This document shows positions 7,627 through 16,931 of a stretch of 64,000 bases of DNA, piece by piece (within the stretch, counting starts at the first letter, position 1; every line of letters begins with the position of its first letter). The DNA is taken from positions 9,142-73,141 of the IMG/VR virus record IMGVR_UViG_3300033553_000842; one strand, 5' to 3'. Source of the DNA: a virus. The notes beneath the pieces are model-generated. The model worked only from the letters and a program-made list of their open reading frames with translations. It did no database searches and was not told the origin of the DNA. Made by a program: the position numbers and the translations under genes.

Positions 7627-8502
7627 TTAGGCCGCTTGGCTAGTTGGTGCTGCATTTGCGGTTGACGCGGTTTTCTTGGCAAGCCGATCGGCCTTGGCTT
7701 GTGCCTTTTCCGCTTCGCGCAATACCGACTCACTGGTCAGTACCTTGGTTGACACGTTAGCGATAAAGGACTCCGCAACACGCCCCTTGGCAGCGTCACT
7801 TGCGTCCCCCATGATGAGCCGGACAACTTCTTCCCGCATGGAAGCCGTGGCCATTGCCGCCCCTTGGCCATGCTCAATTGCGGTTTGCATCGCGGCAATC
7901 ATGTCTTTGATCATGCTTGGCATCGCAACGGGCGCAACGTCTGGCAGGGTGTCTTCCGCTTCCGCTTCCGCTTCCGCTTCCGGTGTCACCACTGGCGACT
8001 CGGCGCTTGCATCCGCCTCTGGCGCTTGCGCCTTGCCTAGGTCAATCATGGCACTGTTGGAGTCGGCTTTGGTTGTGGCGATAACGTAAGAGCGCAAGCC
8101 CAAGATTGTTTCGCCTGTATCGGCGCAAGTTGTGTCATTCAACGCTTGCAAGATTGTCTTGCCTTGCAAGGATATCGCCAGCCGTGCGCAAGCGTTGGCG
8201 AAATCCTTGTCGCTTGTATCCGCATCGCCAAACAGAATTGAGCCTGCGACCTTGGCAGCAGTCACCATCCGGCGCACCTTGGAGTCGCGACCTTCCGAGT
8301 CTGCTACGGCTTGCGCACGGAATGCCTTAAAACCCTTTGGTGTCTTGCCAAGTGTTACTTGGCGATACTCGCCCGGATTGTGAACGCCCCATATGATCAA
8401 GGATAACGTGCCGTCAAACGCGGCGTTATCGGATGCAATGGCTTGCCTACCTGTGAAAGAGGCAAGGGCTTTGGTGGTCATTTTGTTGTCAGTCTTGGTC
8501 AT
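7627..8502 (-). CDS. Ala-rich hypothetical early protein
   Basis: 291-aa ORF with AAAAGGA RBS and an upstream operator copy; EAEAEAEAE tract. Confidence 0.8.
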   Translation of the reverse strand: MTKTDNKMTTKALASFTGRQAIASDNAAFDGTLSLIIWGVHNPGEYRQVTLGKTPKGFKAFRAQAVADSEGRDSKVRRMVTAAKVAGSILFGDADTSDKDFANACARLAISLQGKTILQALNDTTCADTGETILGLRSYVIATTKADSNSAMIDLGKAQAPEADASAESPVVTPEAEAEAEAEDTLPDVAPVAMPSMIKDMIAAMQTAIEHGQGAAMATASMREEVVRLIMGDASDAAKGRVAESFIANVSTKVLTSESVLREAEKAQAKADRLAKKTASTANAAPTSQAA

Positions 8503-8533
8503 GGCTTAGGTTCCTTTTAGGACTGTGTGAAAC

Positions 8534-8548
8534 TGCGCACCGTGCGCA
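8534..8548. promoter_or_regulatory. Palindromic operator-like motif, copy 6
   Basis: AACTGCGCA-CCG-TGCGCAAT. Confidence 0.7.
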
Positions 8549-8782
8549 ATCTTGGGCTTGGGCTTGGCCACCTAGTGAGGTGTGACATATATGCAACACG
8601 AATCACTAGACGGTTTACGCCCTAGAAACACCCTACCGCCTTTTTTGCCCCTATGGCCACGCTGGTCCGGTGCCGTGTCAAGTACGTTCGCGAAAAATTT
8701 TCGAAAAAATGAGTTAACCAGAATGAACCATAAAAACAAGCCCTTAGACGGAAAAGGCCGGGTCCCGGGTGTCCCGAGAACC

Positions 8783-8829
8783 TGGCCCTTCAACTTAGGA
8801 GTTGGCCCTTCAACTTAGGAGTTGGCCCT
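8783..8829. repeat. 20-bp tandem repeat (about 2.3 copies)
   Basis: TGGCCCTTCAACTTAGGAGT twice, then TGGCCCT. Confidence 0.9.
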
Positions 8830-9103
8830 AAGCCTCGGGGAGCTCCACCTCTGCCCCATACTCATGGAACAAGGCCAGCCGCTCCTCCAGCAAATGATTG
8901 ACAATACCTGCAACAGCCACCTGAGCCAGTTTCTCGTCCGTAAGAAGGGTCAATCTGTTCATACCAATGACCTTCCGGAACCCATAACCCCATTCCTGGG
9001 TAGGGTCTCCAAGAGCCTTGATCTGATAATCGATCGCAGCCACCCGTTTCACCACCGCGTCCAGCTGCTTCAACTTTGCTACGCTAAGTATGCTCATCGT
9101 CAT
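8828..9103 (-). CDS. Hypothetical protein
   Basis: 91-aa ORF with AAAGGA RBS. Confidence 0.7.
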   Translation of the reverse strand: MTMSILSVAKLKQLDAVVKRVAAIDYQIKALGDPTQEWGYGFRKVIGMNRLTLLTDEKLAQVAVAGIVNHLLEERLALFHEYGAEVELPEA

Positions 9104-9178
9104 ACCGTCCTTTTTCCAAGATTAACCATTTTAGATATTCGCGCCATTCGCCCCGATCGATCGTGACGAACCCCTCTC

Positions 9179-11599
9179 CTACTCGGCAAGTGTGATCCCG
9201 TCGTAGAAGGCTTCCTGTGCGCCGGCTTGAGTGCGCTCGAGGGACAATGAGAAGTCCTTCTCGAACTGGAGTTCCCTCATCATCCCTCTGAAGGCTCTCG
9301 ATCCCACAGGCCTGGCACCCCCCGGTCCCAGACAGAAGCTCCAGTACTCTTTGTACAACTTGTTTTCGGAGATGCGGTTCGATTTCGTCTCTGCCAACCT
9401 GATCTTGGGAGAGACCTCGATAAAAAAACGCACACTATTGTTCGCTTGAGCAATCTCCCCGATCAGCTGCTGATGACTGGCAGGTAATGTGTACTCCCGG
9501 TTCTCTTTCAGACGCGCCATCGCTTGCACGGCCCAGGCCACGATAGCCTCCCGCTCCTCGGCCACGATCGTGTCCCCGAGATTGATCTTCCGGCGCTCTT
9601 TCGAAACCGGCCGATTGAACTCGAAGATCAACCAACGCCGGTTGAAGCCCTCGCTGCTGTCCTCAGTCTTTGGCGTGTGGTTCGAAGCAAACCAATGGGT
9701 GCAAATGGGTCTGAATTTGAATATCTGCGTACCCTTATGCTGGCCCGACATCTCGGCACCGTCGATGATGTCCTTGAACTTCATCCCGTCGATCTTCTTC
9801 TTCTCGGACAGCTCCCCGCACACGTTGATCAGCTTTTCGTGCATCATCGTAGGCAGAAACTTGTCAGACCAGTCGTGTGGGGGCACGAAAGACTTGGCAT
9901 CCGGGGGTACAAGGCTCTGCGCGATGGTCAAAAGTTGGCTTTTACCACTTTTTGCCACCCCCTTACACAGGATCGCCCGCTGGTACCGAGGCCCCATACC
10001 GAACAAAGTGACGCATAAGGCCTCCTGAAGTGCCGCCACCTTGTCCATTTTGTCGGGGTCAACACCCCAAGAAGTCTCCAAAAAGTCGAAGAATTGATGT
10101 GATTTTCCGCTCAATTCGGGCAAATAACGGAACGGAAGCGTGTAAATCATGCCCTGATCGGGCTCATGTGGCACCAATTCCAGCTCTTCTGTGAGGAACC
10201 CGTTCGCAAAGTTGACCCCCCTAGCATCACTGCGGCGAATACCCTCGTCTGCGAGGTTCATCATCGTGGCATAGATACCTTTATGGTCGCTGTGCCGCCG
10301 CGCCGCCTGGAGATGGCCGAAGTCCCGCGCCACACGGGCCATAAGTTCATTATCGCTCAGCGCCTCCCAATGGGATCCGGTGTATTTCCACAAAGAAGCC
10401 CCATGGCGACGGATCGTGTAAATATCCTCGAGATCGTCCAGCACCGCCTTCGCGATCTCGCTGTGATCCTGGCCTGTGACCTCGCCGCTGCGCAGTTCAC
10501 GCAACCTGGCCCTCAGAGCCGTGACCTTGAGGCGCAAGCCCCCGACGTCAACGATGTACTGGATGATCCGCTCTTCATCGATCTTATTGAGGTTGGCTGC
10601 GCGGGACACGCGGACCAGCACATTGTCCACGGCCTCGGCACGGCCTCGGCTTTCCTCGGGGTGTTGCTCGAACTTGTCTTTCAGATATTGGATCGTATCC
10701 TCGAAGGTCCACTCCTCGTGGTCCCGGTCGAAGTCGACCCCCATGGCCTCTTTCTCAGAATCCGCCAGACCCTCGTCCCAACCCTCGGGCAGGACCCGGC
10801 CCTTCTCCAACACGTCACGACGCAAGAATCGCAGCAGGTTGTCGATGTGCTTCTCGCCCCCCGCGTCATCGCCCGCGACCTTCTCGATGAAGTCGGACTC
10901 GTAGGACCGGAGCATGCCGATCGCCTCGTTCAACGAGCGCTCCCCCTTCAAGACGGCGAAGGCAAAGAGCCCCGCTTTCTCAGTCAGGGTCACGTCACGA
11001 GATCCCCGCGAAATAAAGTCTGTCACGCCCGACTGGCCCGACACCGAGAGATCAACCCCGGCCTCTTTCAGGGTCTCGCGCAGCAGACCCTCGATACCCT
11101 CAGGCAGGACCGGCAAATTACCCCAGACATCGACCAGATCACAATTGGCGGTATAGGGCTTCTGGGTCGTTGGGTGGATCGATGGCGGGAGCACCACCTG
11201 GGTCCGGTCGGACAGGTGCTCGACGATGGTCTCACCACGGTCGTTCTTGATCCGGAAGGTCCGGACCCCGCTCCAGCGGTAAGCCAACACCATTCCCTTG
11301 GCCCCGACCCGTTTCCACGGAGACTTCGGGAGGACGCTCAACAGGACATCGATCAGCACCTGATCCTCGGTGTCGATATCGATCATCACCATCTGGGACT
11401 GCTGACCCAGCACGATCCCGATGTTCCCATCGGCACAGCTCTGCTGCCAGCCCGAAGCCACATCAGCCTCTACCTTGTGGTCATGGTACCGGGACCAGTC
11501 CAGCGGGATCGGCCGCTTCTCCTTAACGTGCAGGGGGATAACCGGTAAGCCCAGTTTATAATACGCTCCACTGGCGTCTGCAAAAATACCGTTACTCAT
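9179..11599 (-). CDS. Bifunctional primase-polymerase / SF3 (D5-like, P4-family) helicase
   Basis: N-terminal Prim-Pol (NIGIVLG, MIDID, QVVLPPSIHP); NFANG; Walker A GVAKSGKS; FASNHTP; RRWLIF. Confidence 0.9.
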   Translation of the reverse strand: MSNGIFADASGAYYKLGLPVIPLHVKEKRPIPLDWSRYHDHKVEADVASGWQQSCADGNIGIVLGQQSQMVMIDIDTEDQVLIDVLLSVLPKSPWKRVGAKGMVLAYRWSGVRTFRIKNDRGETIVEHLSDRTQVVLPPSIHPTTQKPYTANCDLVDVWGNLPVLPEGIEGLLRETLKEAGVDLSVSGQSGVTDFISRGSRDVTLTEKAGLFAFAVLKGERSLNEAIGMLRSYESDFIEKVAGDDAGGEKHIDNLLRFLRRDVLEKGRVLPEGWDEGLADSEKEAMGVDFDRDHEEWTFEDTIQYLKDKFEQHPEESRGRAEAVDNVLVRVSRAANLNKIDEERIIQYIVDVGGLRLKVTALRARLRELRSGEVTGQDHSEIAKAVLDDLEDIYTIRRHGASLWKYTGSHWEALSDNELMARVARDFGHLQAARRHSDHKGIYATMMNLADEGIRRSDARGVNFANGFLTEELELVPHEPDQGMIYTLPFRYLPELSGKSHQFFDFLETSWGVDPDKMDKVAALQEALCVTLFGMGPRYQRAILCKGVAKSGKSQLLTIAQSLVPPDAKSFVPPHDWSDKFLPTMMHEKLINVCGELSEKKKIDGMKFKDIIDGAEMSGQHKGTQIFKFRPICTHWFASNHTPKTEDSSEGFNRRWLIFEFNRPVSKERRKINLGDTIVAEEREAIVAWAVQAMARLKENREYTLPASHQQLIGEIAQANNSVRFFIEVSPKIRLAETKSNRISENKLYKEYWSFCLGPGGARPVGSRAFRGMMRELQFEKDFSLSLERTQAGAQEAFYDGITLAE

Positions 11600-11859
11600 C
11601 CCGTGGCCTCACTCATATAAAATGGATTTATGACTCTGACATTGGCGACGTCCTGGGGGAGGTAGATGCGACCGTCACATATCAGACCATCACGCTTGAT
11701 TTCCTCTACCCTGCTCACAACCTTGGCTAAGAAAGGTTTAAGGGGGTCCAGCTTATAATAATCATACGCGGTCTGTTCTTTTTCCGTCAGACGGACTGAA
11801 ATCCGGACGGGGTCGCTTGAGACCACATGGACCTCTAGCCAAATTCCCAAAACCGTCAT
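11596..11859 (-). CDS. Hypothetical protein
   Basis: 87-aa ORF with ATGA overlaps at both ends. Confidence 0.65.
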   Translation of the reverse strand: MTVLGIWLEVHVVSSDPVRISVRLTEKEQTAYDYYKLDPLKPFLAKVVSRVEEIKRDGLICDGRIYLPQDVANVRVINPFYMSEATG

Positions 11860-12302
11860 ACTTCGTACTCCTTCAAGCGCTCACGCACTTCAGTTACTTG
11901 CCCGGGCTCGAGCACTTCTTCCATGACGGCCAGGACCGTCTGATAGAACCGCGAGATCTGGCGAATGTTCAAAGCCCGCTCCTTCAACCCGACCAGCTTC
12001 TCGAGCAGGGCCGTGGAGGTGCGAAAATAGCTCATCCGCTCGGAGTGGTCGTCTGTGGCGAAGCCGTCTTTGGCGTCCTGAAGGCCCCGGAACAGCCCCG
12101 TGGTCTCTTTGACCAGATCGACCTCTTCCAGGTCGTCCCTAACCGCCTCAGCCTCTTCAACGCCCCCGAGCAGATCGAGGAGCCAGGTGGGATACTCATC
12201 AGCCTCCTCGAGATAGGTCGGGTCCATCCCCACACACTCGGAGAGCTGCTTGAGCTGCTCCAACGTGTCGGGATCAAATTTAGGGTAATATCTATCAGTC
12301 AT
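11856..12302 (-). CDS. Hypothetical helical protein (candidate terminase small subunit)
   Basis: 148 aa with GAGGA RBS; adjacent to and divergent from terL. Confidence 0.6.
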   Translation of the reverse strand: MTDRYYPKFDPDTLEQLKQLSECVGMDPTYLEEADEYPTWLLDLLGGVEEAEAVRDDLEEVDLVKETTGLFRGLQDAKDGFATDDHSERMSYFRTSTALLEKLVGLKERALNIRQISRFYQTVLAVMEEVLEPGQVTEVRERLKEYEV

Positions 12303-12428
12303 GCTGTCCTCACTACTTTGCAGAAACCGGTATAGTCGTCCCCATTACTTGCGTAAAGACCTTTTTATACATTACATAGTAATCAATAACTGTAGAAATG
12401 CGCCCTATTACTGTGCTACGACTTTTGC

Positions 12429-14165
12429 ATGAGTGCCTATTTCAAAGAACTGGTCGACAGGATCGACTCCCGCTTCAGTATCGACTCCAAGGATATGTCC
12501 ATTGGAGATTGGATCTGTGCCAACACCAAGCTGCGTTCGAGGCCGTTCACCTTCGACCGGTACCCGTTCCAGAAGGCGATTGCGGACGACATGCACCCGA
12601 ACATGGATGTGGTGAAACCCTCTCAGGTGGGTCTGTCCGAGGTCCAAATCCGAAAGGCTCTCGCCTTTCTGGCCCGGAACCGCGGCACCTCACTGATCTT
12701 CACCATGCCGACGGACCAGATGTTCGAGCGGATGGCCGCGACCCGGATCCTGCCGATCGTCAAGGAGGAGAAGGTCTTCAACCTGGGAGACGATAAACCC
12801 ACCCGGTCCAAGGGCCTGATGCAGATCGGCACCAGCTTCCTATACGCGACAGGTATGAAGGAGGGGGATGCCACCTCGATCTCGGCCGATGTCGTCCTCA
12901 ACGATGAAATCGATCTGTCCGACCAGCAGATGCTGGCCCTGTTCAACTCGCGCCTGCAGAACTCGGACTGGAAGATCAACCAGCGCTTCTCGACGCCGAC
13001 ATTCCACTCCTTCGGGGTGGATGCGGGCTACCAGAAGTCGGACCAGCGCGAGTACATGTGCAAATGTGATGCCTGCAACCACTGGAACATCCCGGTTTTC
13101 TCGGAGTCTTTCGTGGACCTGCCCGGGCTTCCATCCGAGACCTCCCTGATGGAGATCGACGAAAGCCTGATCGATGCCGGGATCATCAATCTCAACGATG
13201 GCCAGGTGGTCTGCGAGAAGTGTCGTGCCCCACTCGACCTCGGGCGCACCGAGAACCGTGAATGGGTCGCTCGGTTCGGGTCCCGGACGCACCACCGGGG
13301 ATACCGGGTTAGCCCCTTCTCCACCGACCGGCTCTCCCCCGCCTACATCATCAGCCAGATGTTCCGGTATCGGCAGAAGGACTACATGCGCGGTTTCCAC
13401 AACACTGTGCTGGGTCAGGCGTATAACGCAGGTTCTGCCCGACTCTCGGAGGCCGAGATCCTGGCATGTATCACGCCAGAGAAAAACACCCCGACCCCCG
13501 ACCGCTCGAAACCCACCTGGATCGGGATCGACGTCGGTAAGACCTGCCACATGATCGTGTCCCAAGGAAACAGTCTCGAGGACCAGCGGTGTATCCTGTT
13601 CAAGTCCCTGCCGGTGGAGAAGTTGCTCGAAGAGGCCGAGATTATCCTCGAGACCTACAACGTGATCGGGGGCTCGTGCGATCGACACCCCTACACCCCC
13701 ACCGCGGACGCGCTGCGGGAGCTCTCGAAGGGTAAGATTCTCCCCATCGAGTACCGGGGGCAGAAAGACGTCAACCTGATCACCGATGCCCTCGACAAAG
13801 AGAAGGTCATGCACGGGCAGGTCAACAGAACGACGATGATCGATCTGATTGTCAAGGCGATCCGCCTGGGCCGGATCTCGTTCTCAGGCTACGGCGAAAA
13901 CCGGGCAACGATCCTTGAGCACTTCCAAGACATGGTCCGCGACGAGACCCCAGAGAAGCCCGCCACCTGGGTCAAGCTTACAGGCAATGACCACTTCTTT
14001 CACGCCGGAGCTTTCCTGGCGTCAGCAATCAAAATGAAGGAGTTGGAACACGGTCTCTACAACGATGATCGGTCCACCGTGATGCTCACCGGGGTCAACA
14101 TCGGGTCCGTTGTCCAGGGACCTTTCAACATTTCCAAGAAGCGACAGGGAATCGGATTTCGGTAG
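12429..14165 (+). CDS. terL: Terminase large subunit, lambda GpA-like
   Basis: YPFQ, Walker A-like VVKPSQVGLSE, Walker B VLNDEID, STPT motif, CxxC pairs, nuclease IGIDVG and NDHFFHA. Confidence 0.92.
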   Translation: MSAYFKELVDRIDSRFSIDSKDMSIGDWICANTKLRSRPFTFDRYPFQKAIADDMHPNMDVVKPSQVGLSEVQIRKALAFLARNRGTSLIFTMPTDQMFERMAATRILPIVKEEKVFNLGDDKPTRSKGLMQIGTSFLYATGMKEGDATSISADVVLNDEIDLSDQQMLALFNSRLQNSDWKINQRFSTPTFHSFGVDAGYQKSDQREYMCKCDACNHWNIPVFSESFVDLPGLPSETSLMEIDESLIDAGIINLNDGQVVCEKCRAPLDLGRTENREWVARFGSRTHHRGYRVSPFSTDRLSPAYIISQMFRYRQKDYMRGFHNTVLGQAYNAGSARLSEAEILACITPEKNTPTPDRSKPTWIGIDVGKTCHMIVSQGNSLEDQRCILFKSLPVEKLLEEAEIILETYNVIGGSCDRHPYTPTADALRELSKGKILPIEYRGQKDVNLITDALDKEKVMHGQVNRTTMIDLIVKAIRLGRISFSGYGENRATILEHFQDMVRDETPEKPATWVKLTGNDHFFHAGAFLASAIKMKELEHGLYNDDRSTVMLTGVNIGSVVQGPFNISKKRQGIGFR

Positions 14166-14249
14166 AAAGTAATTGACTTTGTAAAAACCTAGTAACGACC
14201 CCTGCTACTCTGATATAAACCAGGTAATCGTCTATAGACCGGAAGTAAT

Positions 14250-15728
14250 ATGGCCCTGAACGTACAGTCTCTCCTGAAGGTTATCCTGCCGAACAGGGCC
14301 AATCCCAAGGGGACGGCTCTGACCTCGACGTTCAACCCGTCGAACAGTGATAACATTCTTTCGCTCCCGACCTATCGGGATCACCTCCAAGATATTTTCG
14401 ACACCCGACAAGCCTCAGACAGTCGAGCTCTGCTGAAGAGCCTCTTTGTCCATGACCCGGATGTCTCTGCCGCCGTCAACGCCTTCCTCACCGTGGCCAA
14501 TACCGAGCCGGTCTTCGTCTGCAAAGACCTGGACGGGGTAATTGACCGAGATGCTCAGAAGGATCTGAACGTCCTGATCGCGGCCCTGACCACGCGGTTT
14601 GATTACAAGAACGGCTTCGAGCTGCGCCCGAGCTTAAGGGCAATCTCGGAGAGCATGCGCTACATGGTCCTCTTGCGGGGCTCAGTTTCGGCCGAACTGG
14701 TCCTGAACAAGCAAAAGCTCCCCAACAACATCCGGATCGTGGACTCTGCCACACTCGAATGGTTCGAGAAAGAGGCCGGCAGCTTTAAGCCCCAGCAGAG
14801 CCCCCCTTCATCGAACGAGAAGATCTCACTGGATATCCCCACGTTCTTCATCTCGTTCTTCCGTCGGGACCCCACCTCGATCTACAGCTATTCCCCGTTC
14901 GTGTCCTCGATCAATACGGTCGCCGCCCGCCAGCAGGTCATCAACGATCTATACCGGATTATGCGCTTCACAGGATACCCCCGGATCGAGATCACGGTTC
15001 TCGAAGACGTCCTGATGAAGAGTGCCCCCAGCGAGATTACTTCGGACCCGAAGAAGAAAGCTTCCTGGGTCTCAACACAGATCCAGTCGCTGACAGCCCA
15101 GTTATCTGATCTGCAGCCTGAACAGGCGTTTGTCCACACAAATGCAATGCAAGCCAAGATCCTGAATGACAAGAACCCTGGTATGGGGATCAACGTCGAC
15201 AGCATCATCTCGGCCCTGAACGCTCAAAACCAAGCAGCGCTACGCACCATGTCCACAATCCTGGGCCGGGGCGAGAGCGGCGTGAACACAGCTTCCGTCG
15301 AGGCGCGGTTGTTTACGATGACCGCCGAAGAGATCAACGAACCCGTTGGTGAGCTCTGGTCCCAGATGCTGACAATGTCGATCCGCATGCTGGGGCATGA
15401 AGAGATTACGGTCCACTGCTCCTTCACCCCTGCCGAGATGCGCCCCTCCCTGGAGTTGGAAGCCCAGCTCTCGATGCGCCAGGCCCGGCTCCTCGCTGAT
15501 CTTTCCGAAGGTCTGATCACTGACGATGAATACCACTTGAAGATGTACAGCCGGATCCGGCCAGACACGGCTCCTGAGCTCTCGGGCACCAAATTCTACA
15601 ACGCCCCCGCCGCGTCAGCTGAGCCTGGAGGAGACCAACCTTCTGCGATCGAGAAGACCACCAGCCCCGAGGGCGGAAAGCCCGCCGGAAACGGGAACCA
15701 GGTGACCCCGAAAAAATCGTCCAAGTAA
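14250..15728 (+). CDS. Portal protein
   Basis: 492 aa directly after terL; helical with low-complexity C-terminus. Confidence 0.8.
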   Translation: MALNVQSLLKVILPNRANPKGTALTSTFNPSNSDNILSLPTYRDHLQDIFDTRQASDSRALLKSLFVHDPDVSAAVNAFLTVANTEPVFVCKDLDGVIDRDAQKDLNVLIAALTTRFDYKNGFELRPSLRAISESMRYMVLLRGSVSAELVLNKQKLPNNIRIVDSATLEWFEKEAGSFKPQQSPPSSNEKISLDIPTFFISFFRRDPTSIYSYSPFVSSINTVAARQQVINDLYRIMRFTGYPRIEITVLEDVLMKSAPSEITSDPKKKASWVSTQIQSLTAQLSDLQPEQAFVHTNAMQAKILNDKNPGMGINVDSIISALNAQNQAALRTMSTILGRGESGVNTASVEARLFTMTAEEINEPVGELWSQMLTMSIRMLGHEEITVHCSFTPAEMRPSLELEAQLSMRQARLLADLSEGLITDDEYHLKMYSRIRPDTAPELSGTKFYNAPAASAEPGGDQPSAIEKTTSPEGGKPAGNGNQVTPKKSSK

Positions 15729-15732
15729 TGCT

Positions 15733-15760
15733 TTGACACAACGTACCAATAACATGTAAT
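15733..15760 (+). promoter_or_regulatory. Putative sigma70-like promoter for head genes
   Basis: TTGACA-N16-TGTAAT in the intergenic gap. Confidence 0.4.
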
Positions 15761-15798
15761 TTCCCAGTTAACCAAAGTTGTAAAGTGAACCACTCATA

Positions 15799-16917
15799 AT
15801 GTCCGACGTCGCAAAACTCTCTGACTACCGCCAGCAGCGCAAGCGGCTGGACGTCACTGATGACATGCTGGAACAAATCCAGTTCGTGGCCGATACGGAT
15901 ATGTCTGCAAACGACATCGTCGTCTTCGAGGCGACAGCTGTGAACACGCTGCCCTTGAATAAGTCGGGATCGATCTTCGACAAAGGTAAGATCACCCGCT
16001 CGACGCTTGTCGCAATGGCCGACAGTGTGAACAGCAAGAATGAATCGGTTCCGCTTCACACGTTGCATATGCAAGGCCAGGAACTCCCGGTGGGAAAAGT
16101 ATTCCACGCTTATGTTCAGGACCTGCCCGATGGCCAGTCCGAGCTTCGGGCCCAGTTCTATATCCCGAAGACTGACGCGGCCCTGATCGAGAAGGTCAAC
16201 CTTGGCATCCTCGATGAGGTCTCCATCGGTCTGAAGTCTGAAAAGCTGCTCTGCTCAAAGTGTGGCTTTGACTATTTCTCGGATGATGCGGACTTCATGC
16301 ATCTCTGGGATCGGACCTGCGACAACGAACACACTATCGGTGAGGACGGAACCCACGCGGTTCTTCAGGGGCTCGACTCCTGGATGGAGCTATCTCTCGT
16401 CAGCCGAGGTGCAGCATCCAACGCAAAGATCCACGGCCGTGCCGCCCGGGTCATGCCAAAAGAGCAACAGGACCGCATCGCGGCCTCCGGGTACAGCCCT
16501 GACGCTGTGACACTGTTCGCATCACCAACCAAACTGAAAGAGGATACGTCCATGACAGGAAAACCGGAGGCCCCCAAGGCCCCTGCGGCCTCCGAGGCAG
16601 AATTTGATGCCAAGGTCGCTTTCGCTGAGCTTTCGACGAAGTTCGACACGCTCATTGAAACTCTCACCCCGGAGCCAGAAGCCAAACCCCAAGAAGATCC
16701 AGCTGCTGTAGCTCTTGAAGCTGCAAACGCGACAATCGAAGAGCTGAAAGCTTCAGTCGAAGAACTGAAAACTTCGGTCGCTGAACTGGGTAAAGCCAAG
16801 CCAGCTGATTTCGCCAAGGAACTTCCTGAAGGCGGCGTGTCGGCCTCGGCCATCTCCGATGCAGAGAAGGGCCGTAAGCTGCCTAACTTTGCAGCATTCA
16901 AATCCCGCACATCCTAA
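15799..16917 (+). CDS. Prohead protease with C-terminal scaffold
   Basis: H..QELPVGK, EVSIG, C-x2-C, ELSLVSRGA; coiled-coil acidic C-terminus. Confidence 0.8.
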   Translation: MSDVAKLSDYRQQRKRLDVTDDMLEQIQFVADTDMSANDIVVFEATAVNTLPLNKSGSIFDKGKITRSTLVAMADSVNSKNESVPLHTLHMQGQELPVGKVFHAYVQDLPDGQSELRAQFYIPKTDAALIEKVNLGILDEVSIGLKSEKLLCSKCGFDYFSDDADFMHLWDRTCDNEHTIGEDGTHAVLQGLDSWMELSLVSRGAASNAKIHGRAARVMPKEQQDRIAASGYSPDAVTLFASPTKLKEDTSMTGKPEAPKAPAASEAEFDAKVAFAELSTKFDTLIETLTPEPEAKPQEDPAAVALEAANATIEELKASVEELKTSVAELGKAKPADFAKELPEGGVSASAISDAEKGRKLPNFAAFKSRTS

Positions 16918-16931
16918 GAAAGGACTGAACC

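Noticed and set aside
1882-8548. Repeated palindromes as a CRISPR array or integron attC sites
   Set aside because: Spacing is irregular and kilobase-scale, repeats are only ~15-21 bp, there are no GTTRRRY core sites, and no cas or integrase gene is present.
10166-11548. 460-aa plus-strand ORF opposite the primase
   Set aside because: Shadow ORF from GC-rich codon bias; same for 17604-18566 (-) and 59573-60664 (+).
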